DNA from: Tubiluchus corallicola
Lineage: Eukaryota; Animalia; Priapulida
Length of the DNA: 64,000 bases
Assembly (NCBI GenBank): GCA_030141605.1
Contig: JAQGDQ010000396.1
Coordinates: 62,001-126,000 of the forward strand
Direction of reading: 5' to 3'
Of the stretch, positions 1-13,550 are shown piece by piece (the stretch's first letter is position 1; every line of letters starts with the position of its first letter). The notes beneath the pieces were generated by a model, which was not told the DNA's origin, ran no database searches, and worked only from the letters and a program-made list of their open reading frames with translations. Made by a program: the position numbers and the translations under genes.

Positions 1-690
1 AAATTATGACATGAAAGGTATGCTGAAACATATATAATTAGCAGTTTCATCATGAAAACTGCAACACTAATAATCTCTTATCTCCTACCCAAACCATAAG
101 TCAATGCTTATACAAATAACATTCATCAATACCAGCCCAGCACACAAAAACTGCTTCACTAACGCAGCAGTGATAATCGATTCAATAACCGAATATAGTC
201 GTGTCCTGCCGTTTTACGATAAATCAGGCACAGATGAAAACCACGTGTTCATGCATAAGAAAGCCTTCAAAAGCCTACTATGCAAAGGCATTATTACTTA
301 ATTTTACTGCAAAGATGATTACTGTTTGTAGTGGAATTTTTGTGGATTTTTGGAAAAATAAGTAGAAAATGGTATCTGCACCGGTAGCTAAAAAATAATT
401 GATGATTGGAAAAAGCCGAAACTGACTATAATCGATCAGATGGATTATCGGCCATTATTACTGCAAGCAACTGAAACCAATTTATGTATCATAAACTTGC
501 TTATTACAGCAAAATACGGCAATGCTTATTATTCATTGACATGATAAGTTACTACATATTTCCGTATTACAATGTGCAGCTTCTGTTCAGCACATTCACT
601 CGTATTTTACACTACCAATACCTCGATATCACTTCTCCACCACAAAATCAAAAAGAAAAATAAATAAACTTGTAAATAACAGAACAAAAG

Positions 691-3600
691 CTAACTTTCC
701 TGGTTCTGTGGCGAATAAGACGACACGTCCTCATTCTTTCCGGTGAAACGTTCTAATCGCCGACGTCGTATTTCGTTTAATTCTTCGTCATCGGATTTTA
801 GGCCAGGAGTTTGTTCCTCACTTAACGTGTCGGACACTGATGCACTGTCTAGAAATAACATTCCATATTAGATGATTAAACAGAAACCAAGAAACACTAC
901 ACTTTTAGAAAAAGAATTAACACAAAGAGTTCTTAAAATGTAAAATCACACTTACCCAAATGACATAAAATCTAAAGCTAATAAAAAGCCCTATAACATA
1001 ACTGAATGTAAAAGACAAAAATAAATGCAAACAAAAATGTTAGTAAGGTCATACAGGTAATAAAAAGATAATAATAATAATAATAAGGTAATAAGAAAAC
1101 ATGATTAGAGATGTTTTTTAAAACATAGTCGTTAAAATAAAATTAAGCTGTCATAAAGATTTAAAAAATGTGAATTTTGAATAGTAAAAATAACATCAAA
1201 ACACAAAAAGACATCAGCCATCGAAAACCTTACCAAATTGCAGTTTAAAAGTATTATTGGTGTTAACTGATGACCAGGCTAACACTGCACAGTTGTCGTA
1301 CTCAAGTATTACAATCAAGGAGATTTAATATTTTATATCCTAAAGTGACAGGTTTAAAAGCACAACTACCCTCATCAGCTGCCTACCTTGAGCAACAGAA
1401 TCAGGTACTATTGAATCTGGTTGACTAGATGTACAGGGTTGTATGTTTGCTTCCTGCAGCAACGTGGACTCACTAACTTTAGTTGACATTTTGGTGCTTG
1501 TAGCCATACTGGATTTTGGCAAAGTTTCTGATCTGGCTTGTGTTGTAGAAGAAGAGCTTTCAGCAGAAGCTATGCTCACTGATGTGGAAATGCTGTAAAT
1601 AAGAAAAAATTCATACAGTTTGCCATAAATTAGAAGTCCTTTCACGTTACAATGACAAGAGAATCTTGATTATTTAACGTCAACAATATCTGACTGGGAC
1701 AATTTCAGAACAAAATGTGCGACACAGAAACAATTAATACCTTAACGAATTTATCACAGCCGTGTACTGTTGCATCTGAAGCACAGCAGCATCTAGCAAT
1801 GTTTGGATATTACGCAGACACGTGACTCTCGCCTCCACATTTTGCCTCTCCCGACCTTCCATAGCTCGAACTTCAGAATCTGTCAGGCCGGCAAAACTTG
1901 GTGGTGGAGGTGGTGTTATTAAACCTGTGAAACAAGGGATATTAATCAATCAGCTCTCTAGCAGAATAATATTCGTAGTATTCAGTCCAGCAAAATCTAT
2001 GTACACGAGGGCGGAATAAAGAGGCCATTATCATTTGTATGCTCAAATGTTTGTGCTTTCCTAGGCACAAGTATTTTGTTCAAAATCTTCTGTTGATACC
2101 TTTACTACATTCGTTACCATTTAAACATAGATTTTGAATAAAGTATTTTCACGAGTGAGTGGGCGGGGTAGGGGCCCCTGCATTACTTTGCCTGGCCCTA
2201 TAACGCTGTTAAGATAACCCTGAGCAACTTGTTTTTATTTATGAAGGCACTCATGTTTTCATTTCTGCAACTCTCAACTAAATAAAAAATAAAAGTAGTA
2301 CAAGTTTTCTTTACGAAAGTTCCTGGTGTTCCTCTGCTCCAGCTCATCAAAACACAGTCAAACAGGTAAAAGGTCACGATCAAAAAATTGTATACACATT
2401 AAACACCGTAGAAAACAAATAAACTAACCAAAATATGGTCTTCACCATTCAGAAGCACGAGAATCTGTGTATTTTGCATGGGTTCATAAAAAATCGCTCT
2501 CACTAAGCAGCGATTAAGTTATATTTGATAATTTTTGTAGATTTCTACTCCTCAAACAATAGATTTTCATGAAAATTATGAATGAAATGCATTTGCTGAC
2601 GTTAGACAAATTAAAAATCAATTTTTGACCAAAAAATTGAAAAAAGCCTTCAGTAACTGCAGTGCTTGCACTGTAACAATGTACACTATCACCTATCTCT
2701 TTGACTGGTTAGATGGCTTTTCCTATACAGCAGACGGTTCTTTTGAGCTGCAGCGAGCAGGCGATCAATAAAATAGTGTGTACGATCACGCAAGTGTGCA
2801 CCAGACTAAGTTACTGAATAAGCTAAGTCGGAGTGCCTGAAAAGGGCATGTTTTTCTTAATTTTATCCAATTAAATCAGTTATAAATGTTTGAACACATA
2901 GTATGGTTGGATAGATGAGATTCTCCTGAATATAATAGTACCTAATTTGTAATCATTTAGTTTGTAATCATGTCTGCGCTCATACAGTAAAAGTCGTAGG
3001 TCTTATAAGACCTATTTTGAATGGTGCGGTCCTGAAGTGGTTAAACAACATTGTGGTTGAATTTTTTTCAAATACAGCGCTTTACCAAAATGATTAAAGT
3101 GTGGACTAAGACTATTAACATATTAGTAATAACAACTGATACCCTGGTCACAAAAATCAGGGAGTTCTTTCCATAGTTTGTAATCCTTGTATTACAAACG
3201 TTTGTAATAATGTAAATGTCAAATGAAATGCAAGAAAATGGTAATATGTTTAATATTTACAGACACCTACCATACGGCGTAAAAGGATTCATAGGCGGCA
3301 TGCCACCGGTTGTTGCAGTAGAAGTTGTCGGGTTTGGAAAACCAAACGGAAAGCCCGGTAAAACACCAGGAAAGGTGCCAGGCATAAATGTGGGTGTAAA
3401 ACCTCCTCCAGTGGTAGTTGTTGTTGTCGTTGCAGCACCAGAAGCCATAGTGGTACTAATTCCTGGTTGTCCACTGGGCCCTGCACTAGCACCTGAAACA
3501 AAAAATCGCAAACATGAACAGTGGAAAAAATTAATAAGTTATACAACAGTAAAGTCTAATTAGTAAATTAAGTAATTAGTAAATTAAGGATTTATGTCTG

Positions 3601-4069
3601 TTACTATCAAAAAATTGGTAATATAGTTCTTTGATAAGATACCAAATTGGCAACGTCAGGATGGTGCAGCAATAGTAATTTTTGTATCATTATTGCTTTT
3701 ATTACAAGTGTTTGAATATAAAGTTTTTCATGTATGCAAACATGCCTTGCTGGGTATTAGCTGTCTGAGCTTGAGTGCTTGCTGGAGGTGCTCTACCTTC
3801 ACCTGTGGCTGGCGGACGTGGTGGTGGTGGTGGCATCGCTCCTGGCGGGGGTGGTGCAAATGGAGCCCACATTGGAAAGCCAGCAAATACTGAAATAAAA
3901 ATAAATATTTGATTGAATTATACTTATTGTTAGTGATAATAATGATTACATGAGATTATTAAACGTTGCAAAACAAAGTTATACAACATTAAAGCATGCT
4001 ATGTAATATGTATTTTGTAATTTGAAACCCATGAAAGCTTGTGAAATTTTTAATGAATTTAGATAAAAT

Positions 4070-4124
<55 letters not shown>

Positions 4125-4165
4125 GAGAGAGAAGAGAGAGAGAGGGAGGGAGGGAGGGAGGGAGA

Positions 4166-4212
<47 letters not shown>

Positions 4213-7200
4213 AGGGAGGGAGGGAGGGAGGGAGAGAGGGAGGGAGGGAGGGAGGGAGAGAGGGAGGGAGGGAGGGAGAGAGAGAGGGGCGAGGAAGGGA
4301 GTGGGAGAAAGAGGAGAGACAGGGCGGGGCAGGGAAATAAATTTTGCCTAAGTTGGCAGAACGCAGAATCTGCTGTAGACTAATTCGAAATTGGAATGTT
4401 GCAAAATCACAGTTAAGCACTATACCTTCTGGTATTGACAAATTGCACTGCTACAAGGACAACAGTCTGTGCTTTGTTCACCTCATCTATTCAATACATG
4501 AAACAATTTTGTCTTTCTATTTATAAGTAAATTTAACACCAAAAAGTATTCTATAATATATTGGCAGTAAATACAGTGACACTAATTTAGCTGTAAGATC
4601 TACCTTGCTGTTAATATATTGTTAAAAGTTTTATAAAATTACTTACCATTTTGATTAAACATGGGTTGCTGTGCATGTGGCACGAATGGAGCGTGTGGAC
4701 GGCGTGGAGCCGGGGCGCGCAATATATCCATCCGACACGTAGGGCAGGTCTGCTGACGCTGAAACCATGATCGTAAGCAGCTCTTGTGGAAAATGTGATT
4801 ACACGGCAGTTTCTTGCAACCGGAAACCATTTCTTCACGACAGATAATACAAACATTGTCCGACGACTGAAGCTCCTCTGGAGTTGCATCGGGGTACCTA
4901 ATGAAATATTAGTTTGTCAAGTAATAAGAGCTGATATATCTTGTTAAGCATGAAAGGCAATATTCACACAAACAAAATAAATAGCTAGAACAGATTTATT
5001 CTCCATAATAAATTACATCATTTTTATTTCAACAAAATCAGTTTTTTCTATCAACAAAATTTTGATATCGATCAACAAAATAATGAACATTTTTTAACTA
5101 TTAGTGACGTGTATTGCAACACATTAAAATTTACAAAGACCCTACTGAAAAACTATTGAGCAGATTCACAAAAACGATAAAAATAAGTAAATTTCAGAAG
5201 TGTACTTGCGTACAACTTTGACATTCCCAAAATTGTATGTGCTATTGAAATTCCAATCAGATCAGAGAAGCACTAATTTTCAATTTTATGCAATTTACAT
5301 GATAGTTATAGAGGTATAGCTGTTGAATAAAAGGTGTTGAAAATTTAATCATAATATTTCAACTCTTCTTGCAGTATTCATCACCAGATGTAACATTTTT
5401 TAAAGGTTTTTCGTTGCAGCTGATAATGACTTGCAAAAGGAGAACTGAAATATTATGACTACATTTTTAAGACCTTTTGAATCATCCCCACAGCCATTTC
5501 TTTTATTTGTGTTAACTTAAGAGCTTATAATAAGTTTATTAAGTTTTTAAAGGCAATTTTCAGAACAAAATTATATTCAAAATAATGAAATGTGAATTTC
5601 ATACCACTAAAGGAACTTACAATGTGTTCATCTTCCGTATTGCCCGCCTCGACATGACCACATCATGAAGAGCCTTCTTAAAAGACCTGTTACAAAGAAA
5701 ATACATGATAGACAATTAAGTATGGCATGAAAAGTTCAAGTATTTTAAATAAAAGTCAGTGTGCCACAAGCAAAGCTAAACAATGCTTTTCATAAAGTTT
5801 CAAAAGATCAGTGCGTGAAGTAGCTTAGCTTTTTAAAAAAATATTAGAATTAGAAATGGCATGCAAAATAGATGAAAATATGGACACAAAATAGTTTTGT
5901 ATTGTGTTCTCGAAACAATACAGCATTTTTAGATAACTATATATAGCATAAGGTTAATTTACGTAACCCTTGGCAATTCACATCCAGTGAACTACCACGC
6001 CAGTTTTTGAGTAAAGAGAAATGTCCAGTAGCTCTAAAATTAAGTTAGAAAACCTACCTCATGGTTAGATACATTGGCCGAATAACAAACAGCGGGAATG
6101 TGTGAACCTTGATCATGATTGCGACAAACATCACGTACAGCATAACCTTTATTAAGCCTAAAATATAAAGAACACATGTTCAGAAATCAGTCTGAAAAGT
6201 TTTGACATTCAAGTCTAGAAATAATCACATTCTACAAAATGAGTGAAAAGTAAATGAAAGTACTCTTGTTTATGTTTTCATAGCTCTTTTTTATAGCTAC
6301 GTGCTTTTTTAAAAGGAGTGTATGGGATGAGAGGAATTACAGGCCAGAGTGTCAGGACATGTCCTTAATGATTGGGTGGAAATTGCGGTAATTCTACCCG
6401 AAGACAGGCAGAAGTTGTCTGTGCACTGGTCCCAGTGGCTGGTAAACTAAGCTAGCTCCATATTAATGAAACCTTGTATTTTTTGCGAGTCGACATGTGA
6501 TACAATTACATATCAGCCAGGCAGCATGTGTATACTGACAGCATATCAGCCGAAAAATAGAAAATGGCATTTGGTAGCTTTTATGAAAATGACTTGAATA
6601 CAGACTTACTGTTTAGTATAGATTGCTTAGTATGTGCACAAGAAAAAACATGCTATGTAATATTGTCAAATTTCTGCAAGGAATTAATGTTACATCAGAT
6701 TCTCACTGAAAAACGAGTACAGGAAAAAAACTGCTAAATTTGCACCCTGAATGACCTACGAAGTACTTTCCCAAATTCAAACAAGCACAGCAGTAAAACC
6801 ATGCCGGCAGCGAAGACTTAAACAAATGGCTAAACAAACAATGAACGTACCAAAAAAACAATAAAAACTATGAAGTCTTTATGTGATTTGTATGATCTTG
6901 TTAAATTGTTTGAAAAATGCCACACTCACCCATTAATATATCAGTATACAGCAAATAAACAGCTTTGTTGTCCCATGGATTCTCGCTTTGTAGATCTATT
7001 GCGTGGAGTAGATACTTGACGAGAATCATCAGTATAACCGTCAACAGGATAGCATACTAGAAAATATTTAAAGCAGTAAGTAAAAACTAAAATTATTAAC
7101 ATAAGATCACGGTGTTTGTATTTTATACAACCTCTTTCTAAGAGAGAAGATATATCTAAAGGGATTATAGGAGCTGCAACTATCCCAAAACAATTTTTTT

Positions 7201-10200
7201 CATGGTTACCCATCTATCCAAGTGTTACCCATCCATTTACTAACAAGACTCAACATTGCTTCTCTGTCATAGACAAACATGTACAGCAAAACTCAACTAT
7301 TCTCCTCAAATACAAAGTGCAAATCATATAGCTATGATATCACATTTACAATTTTTAAGTCATTAGACAGCATCAATCTGAAAGCAGAAATCTGAAAGTA
7401 ATCATAGTGTACATATAATTTGGACTGGAAAAACTTTAGAGAAATTTCGCAATAAGCATTAGTCAATGCAAACGTTTTTGCTTATGAAAAAATCATTCAC
7501 TATACCATACTTTCATTCAGTTGAAACTCAGCACGGGGCACTAGATATCACATTTAAGTAAAGTTAATTAGTTTATTTTTTATTACAGGCGAAATTTACA
7601 TTTCACAGAAACCTACCTCAAATCCAAACACTAGTTGAACGGATGCACCTTTGGTAAGTGTGCTGTGATATGCGTGTTGAATGAAATACATATCTAACAT
7701 AGATAGTAATGATAGCAAGGCTACAAAAATGAAAACAAAAATATTAGCTTTAGACAACAAGCAAAAGACCACCATGACACATCTCACTGGTCCAGTTGAA
7801 GTTAGACACTTAATAGACAATAGCATATTTTGTATTTTTGGCTAACTGCTCGCCAGGTAACTTGGTAATGCTTTTTGAATAACAACAAAAAACTTTGACT
7901 TATACTCACAAATCTTAAACAAGATTTTTTTACTTACAAATAACTCGCAGATGAAAAATTAGTGATATAACTGGACTTCTCTCCATCTAAAAACATAATT
8001 TACAGTATATTAGAATTTAACAACATTTCAGAAAGAGTTTGGAGTTATCAGAAAGGTAAAGTTTGGAGTTAGCAAAAATAGTTAAATACGGGGTGTTTCA
8101 GAAGTTCCTCGCAAATGTGATTTTCAGTTTTTATTGCAGCTAATTGAACAAAGACATTTATTGCAGTAAACTCCTTTTTCAGTAATTGAGAATTGTTCTG
8201 AGTCTACACATATACTTTTGTGCTGTTTTCCTTGCTGGCTATCTCTAGAGCAAAAGTGTAAAATCGCTGGACGTAAACTCATGAAGCCAAATTTGATGCC
8301 AACAAAATTCCCAGGAACGCAATTCGTGAGAATATCACTTATACCACGCTCTTTTCTTTACAACTTCTGAAATACCCTCTGTTGCACTTTCTGAAGAAAA
8401 AATTGTTGTTTAAATATGTGATTTGCTTTATATTGTCATGACTCATATGCATACTGGGCCATTTAACAAATAAATCTTTTTATCATTTATATGATCCGAA
8501 AATATGAGCTTCATTCATTGTATCATTCCACTCTGCAGCGCTAAATATTTTGTTTATTTACCTTGTTATAATGTTGAGTCACTAATTAACATCTATGCCT
8601 GTTACAACACTTTGGTTTGGTGGTCTTTTAGGCAGTGCACCTTAACTTGTAAATTGGAATGGCGCTGGTCTTTAAATTGGAATAAAGCCATAATTCCAAT
8701 CATTTACTCTTTTATTTATGATTATAACACATCTCATAATTTATATTTGTTAGTTCTTTTTCCTTTCACAGAGTGGGACAATGTAACAAGCCCTGCTTTT
8801 CGATTGCCCAGCAACGCATTTACATTTATATTTAGGCAGACATGAGTATGAGGCTTTTACTGTTCAGAAACAGCAAAAAAAGGTACCACGTTCATCACAG
8901 GCCAGGCCTTTTCGCTGTACAAAATTGTTATAAATGTTTTAAGTGAAATAAATTACCGTTTTTAATATGTTTTGCTTACATATCACTCTGAGTGTGAAAT
9001 ACTTACATAGTCTACACGATCTTCTGCTAGCCAATGAAAGGATTTTAAAAACAAAAGCAGTGTAAACATGGCCACAAACTTGGGACTGAAGTCATCGCGA
9101 AATACGGTGAATGCAAGACACGTCTCCGTAACAGCATACCAAGACCGCTCAATCAAATGCTGAAAATTATGAAGCATGAAAGTACCATGGATACCATATT
9201 TGCAGCATCTTTTTGTAGGATTAAAGCACTTCAAATGAGCACAAAATGCAAAAGGTATTGTGAACTTAGGAAAGCTAATTTCTAATTTTAAACTCACAAT
9301 GAAAACCACTTTAGCAGTACTTAGCCAATAGAAAACACAAAATTAATAAAAAATAATCATTAATTTAGCAATGAAAATTAAAGACATTTCTTTAAATATC
9401 TCAGCAAGCATACCTCCATCTCTGCAGTTCGCAACTGTCCAAAGAAAAACTTCCTTAACATCTTTCCACACAAAACAATCAATACCAGTGCTTGCAGGTA
9501 CAACACCTGTGTATGAAAAGTATACAGTTTAAGGAAAAATCAAACAGGTCTTTATTACAATCCAAACAGCTACAACATCTGAATTGTAGAGAAGCTGAAG
9601 GACTGAACAGATTTAAATTTTGTTTTAAAAAACTCAGTTTGTGCATACTAAGCTGATTGAGAAAAAAGAGAATTCCTTTTTAAATGAAAATTAGTAAATG
9701 TGATACTACTGTGGCTCAAACTTGCAAATATTTTGGTGATTGGTTAAATGTACAAACTAAATGTACTAGCTGGCAGATGAAAATAAAATAAATTTGAAAT
9801 GTCACATTAATACACTAGTCAATGCTAATAGTGTTGGCAGACTGTCTCTGTTGAGGTTAAGCTCAGACTTTATGAGTATGCAGATCACCTTTAGTACATA
9901 TGTATATATATAATTCTGAAACATGTGCAATCATTGAAAATGCTGAATTAAATGAATAAGAAAAATTTCAGGGAAGATCTTTAAAATCTGATTAGATTGC
10001 TAAAAACTACCAGTTAATGGAGAATATTATTTGAATTTGGAGTATGGCTTACTAGTGATCGTATTAATTACAGAAAACTCATGTTTTACAGGAAGCCTTT
10101 GCCAAGTAAAGAGAGTTAGCAGGCGATGTTTTCGATATCCATGCAGTGTGAGTTTGTGCGTTTCAGTTGAAACAGATAGCAGATAACTATGGAATTAACA

Positions 10201-13200
10201 TAGAGAAGGAGTAGATGGCAAGTAAAAAGTCTGAATAGAAAAGAAATTTCAAAATAATTAAGTACAAAATGAAAGTGCGAAAACAATGGACACAAGCTCA
10301 AAATAAAAATTTCTTAGAGAAAATAAATGGGATTTCAAGCTGTATGTAACAAAATGCAATCCCTCAGAACACGAAGGATAGGAATTTAATTTATAGTGAT
10401 GGCAAAGATTGAAATGAACTACAAGAACTCATTTATGTGCCGAGGGGATGAGCAAGTAATTATGAGCACTGTTTCATGTATGAGATATGATAAAATCAGA
10501 GCCAATTATGAGGCAGGAAATTCAACTGATAATTTTATAAGTGAATGAAGTAGTGAAGTTTTGAAAGCATCGAGCCTTGCATAAGACTGTGCTATAGAAA
10601 AACTGTAACAAGTGGGGACATAAATGAAAGCTGTGAGGATGAATAACTTTTAAATAATACAATGTTTAAACGTCCTTGCAAAAGGTTGTACTGCCTAATC
10701 CTGTTCCACGTAGTGTTTTGGATGCTATGTTTTTAGAGATTTTTCATGATAATCTTTTAACTCAACATGCAAATTTTACTACTAGAAATCACAACCTTCT
10801 GTATTTACTGTAATCAAATCGTCCGGAAAGAATAAATCTACGTGTTGCCAAACCAGGATTCTCTGGTAGTGACCACGATTCTAGTATTATGTTTTAGCTG
10901 AGTATGATTATGAATATCATGCTAATAGGCCATGGACAGACTACAATAAAACTTCTCTACCTCACATCAGAGATTTGTTTGTTAATGTTAATTGGTGTGA
11001 TGAAATGTCTAATGCTAATGTTCAAAGCACTTGGAATTTTTTCTGTAGTGTATACAATCAAGCTGTTAACAAATTTGTCTCACTAAAGGGAAATTCTGTG
11101 AACCAATGCAAACGTTCATCATTCAAATGGGAATATGACAAATCAGTCTTGCAGGCTAAGGCACATAAGCTGCGGCTGTGGAAATTATGGCAATCATCTC
11201 TCTTATCCAGTGTTTGTGCTGAGTATACCTGTGCATCTCAACAGGTGCGAACTTCTATCCTTTACGCAAGAAGAAGTTATGAAGAACAACTTGCTAGTAG
11301 AATTACGAAGAATGGGAAAGAATTCTTTTGCTACAGTAAACATCTAATTCTCAAACCAGCTAATCGCACCAGTAGCTTATTGAACCAGCACCAACAAATC
11401 GTTACTTCACCTAAAGAGGTTGCATCTACCATAAATGACAATTTCGTCTCTTTCTTCATATACGAAAAGATGCCCCAGTTGCAGTCACAGCAACTGAATG
11501 GAACTCTGAAAGTTTATCAATGTTGAACTCACACTGCACGACGTTTATCTAAAATTAATTGCCTTGAACTCATTCAAAGCTACTGGACCTGATAACATCC
11601 ATGGCTTCTTTGTCTCCTTAAGCATTTTTTCTATTTTCTATTAATTGCATACAAAAACAACTGCATTTTCTATTTATTAGAGCTTAACAAGTAAATGAAT
11701 CAGAATTGTGATCTGTAAGGCATAGTCAACTATTTTTTTACCTTGATGCATGCACCATAATATATTGCTAATACTATGATTTATTATCATTTATGCATGC
11801 ATATGATCTACATTAATTACTTTTGTTCTGATGCAAGTTTTTTTTCCTTTATTTTACTTTATTTTCTATTTCATTTGATTTCAGTATTATTTTGTTTGTT
11901 AACAAAATTTCACTATGCATGTATTCATGGTCTGTAATATGCATGCAAATTATATTCTGTTTTTGACAGTGATTATTTATAATTTAATTTTTTTATATTT
12001 ATCTTATGAAAAAAAACATTTGATTCTTAAGTGTGATATTAAGTATCTGTATATTTGTATTTTGCTGATAGCAGTTACTTGCACTATAAATTATATTTTG
12101 GTGTAACATTATTTGTTGTAGTACCGATTGCAGATTTGATTATTTACTATTGATTTTTTTACCTTTTATTTTATTATTCTTATTCTCTAATAATTATTAC
12201 TGCATGGTGTAAAAGTACGCATGCGAATTTATATATTATCTAATTATTGCACATTCGCTAATTGCATGGTAACAAGTAAATGAATCAGAATTGTGATCTG
12301 TAAGGCATAGTCAACTATTTTTTTACCTTGATGCATGCACCATAATATATTGCTAATACTATGATTTATTATCATTTATGCATGCATATGATCTACATTA
12401 ATTACTTTTGTTCTGATGCAAGTTTTTTTTCCTTTATTTTACTTTATTTTCTATTTCATTTGATTTCAGTATTATTTTGTTTGTTAACAAAATTTCACTA
12501 TGCATGTATTCATGGTCTGTAATATGCATGCAAATTATATTCTGTTTTTGACAGTGATTATTTATAATTTAATTTTTTTATATTTATCTTATGAAAAAAA
12601 ACATTTGATTCTTAAGTGTGATATTAAGTATCTGTATATTTGTATTTTGCTGATAGCAGTTACTTGCACTATAAATTATATTTTGGTGTAACATTATTTG
12701 TTGTAGTACCGATTGCAGATTTGATTATTTACTATTGATTTTTTTACCTTTTATTTTATTATTCTTATTCTCTAATAATTATTACTGCATGGTGTAAAAG
12801 TACGCATGCGAATTTATATATTATCTAATTATTGCACATTCGCTAATTGCATGGTAACGCTGCTTATCTAACAATTTTAGTTTATGAACAAGGGTGGCTG
12901 ATTTAATAACGTTTTACTTTAGTTTGTTCGCCACCCTTCCTTGAGTTTATATTTTTTAATGTTATATGTAACTAAGCCTTCAGGACCAAATCCTTCAGGA
13001 TAGACCTAGCAAGTCACTGAAATATTTTTTGCTCAAGTAACTCATGGCGAACACAACAGGAGAGACGTTATCAAGTGTTCGCCGGCTGACAGATGAAAAT
13101 CTACCAGGAGGATGGTGAAACTGGTGAAATATGTAACTAAATCTATTATAATGTAAGGGAAAACAAATGCGAATCTGAATCTGAATCTATTTTTGTAGAC

Positions 13201-13550
13201 TCTCTGCGCTCTGCAGTATTTCATTGTTGTTGTAATCTCATTGCTTGTGAACTTTTAAATTTGTCTTCAGTAACGTTTGTTCAAGCTACAACTTCTGTAA
13301 AGCTAGGAAAACGAAACAAGACTGCATTACAATTTTAAAATTTAGCTAAAATTAGTATATCCGTGTCAGAATACCCTAATTACAATATTTTGCAAATTTA
13401 TGTAATTATTATGATACTCACCGCCATACTTGGATTTGATTTAGTTAGAAACACAACAGATGGATAGAATTGTCTCTTCTGATGATAAGCATTACCTACA
13501 ACTAGCGTCGTAAGAACGACGCTACCTAACGTGACAAACAGCAACCGCAT
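691..13550 (-). CDS. SYVN1: E3 ubiquitin ligase synoviolin/HRD1 (ERAD), 14 coding exons, ~661 aa
   Basis: Exons (transcript order): 13550-13422, 9506-9414, 9159-9007, 7986-7938, 7720-7617, 7056-6930, 6157-6058, 5686-5621, 4897-4647, 3889-3746, 3492-3271, 1924-1741, 1592-1387, 848-691. They sum to 1986 nt with consistent phases and GT-AG sites (one probable GC donor). Diagnostic sequence: NAYHQKRQFYPSVVFLTKSNPSMA, FFGQLRTAEMEHLIERSWYAVTETCLAFTVFRDDF, RING-H2 CIICREEM..CNHIFHKSCLRSWFQRQQTCPTC, Pro-rich region, EGRERQNVEARVTCLRNIQTLLDAAVLQMQQY, and a C-terminal p97-binding-like EIRRRRLERF. Confidence 0.96.
2997..3045. mobile_element. piggyBac-like MITE end (subterminal palindrome plus TTAA-ending terminus)
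   Basis: Perfect 18-bp palindrome TAGGTCTTATAAGACCTA (2997-3014), followed by GGTCCTGAAGTGGTTAA ending in TTAA, resembling piggyBac-type termini. The partner end was not located. Confidence 0.4.
4073..4335. repeat. Compound (GA)n/(GGGA)n polypurine microsatellite in SYVN1 intron
   Basis: Directly visible ~260-bp, almost purine-only tract on the + strand. Confidence 0.97.
8087..8382. mobile_element. Tc1/mariner-type MITE (~295 bp)
   Basis: Left end TACGGGGTGTTTCAGAAGTT and right end AACTTCTGAAATACCCTCTG are imperfect inverted repeats. TA at the left boundary. Confidence 0.6.
10700..11610 (+). mobile_element. Degenerate CR1/L2-clade LINE ORF2 fragment (endonuclease end and EN-RT linker), antisense in SYVN1 intron 1
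   Basis: GSDH motif (~10864), the ORF 10975-11526 with W..F and ITKNGKEFFCYSK, then KATGPDNI (~11576), all typical of CR1/L2 ORF2. Interrupted by stops and frameshifts. Confidence 0.8.
11685..12858. repeat. Head-to-tail tandem duplication, 2 x 585 bp
   Basis: 11685-12269 is repeated at 12270-12854. The ORF track shows identical 63-aa ORFs at 11915 and 12500 (offset 585). TAAC microhomology at the junctions. Confidence 0.97.
12890..13188 (+). mobile_element. LINE/SINE 3' end(s): stem-loops plus (GAATCT)3 tail
   Basis: 9-bp stems AAGGGTGGC/GCCACCCTT (12890-12938) and GGCGAACAC/GTGTTCGCC (13046-13083), ending in GAATCT x3 (13171-13188). This is the architecture of CR1/L2 3' UTRs. Confidence 0.6.

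Noticed and set aside
3989-4441. ORFs rich in SL/ER/GREG (3989-4441, 4041-4340)
   Set aside because: Translations of the (GA)n/(GGGA)n microsatellite; not genes.
11915-12691. Two identical 63-aa hydrophobic ORFs
   Set aside because: AT-rich chance ORFs copied by the 585-bp duplication; no recognisable motif.
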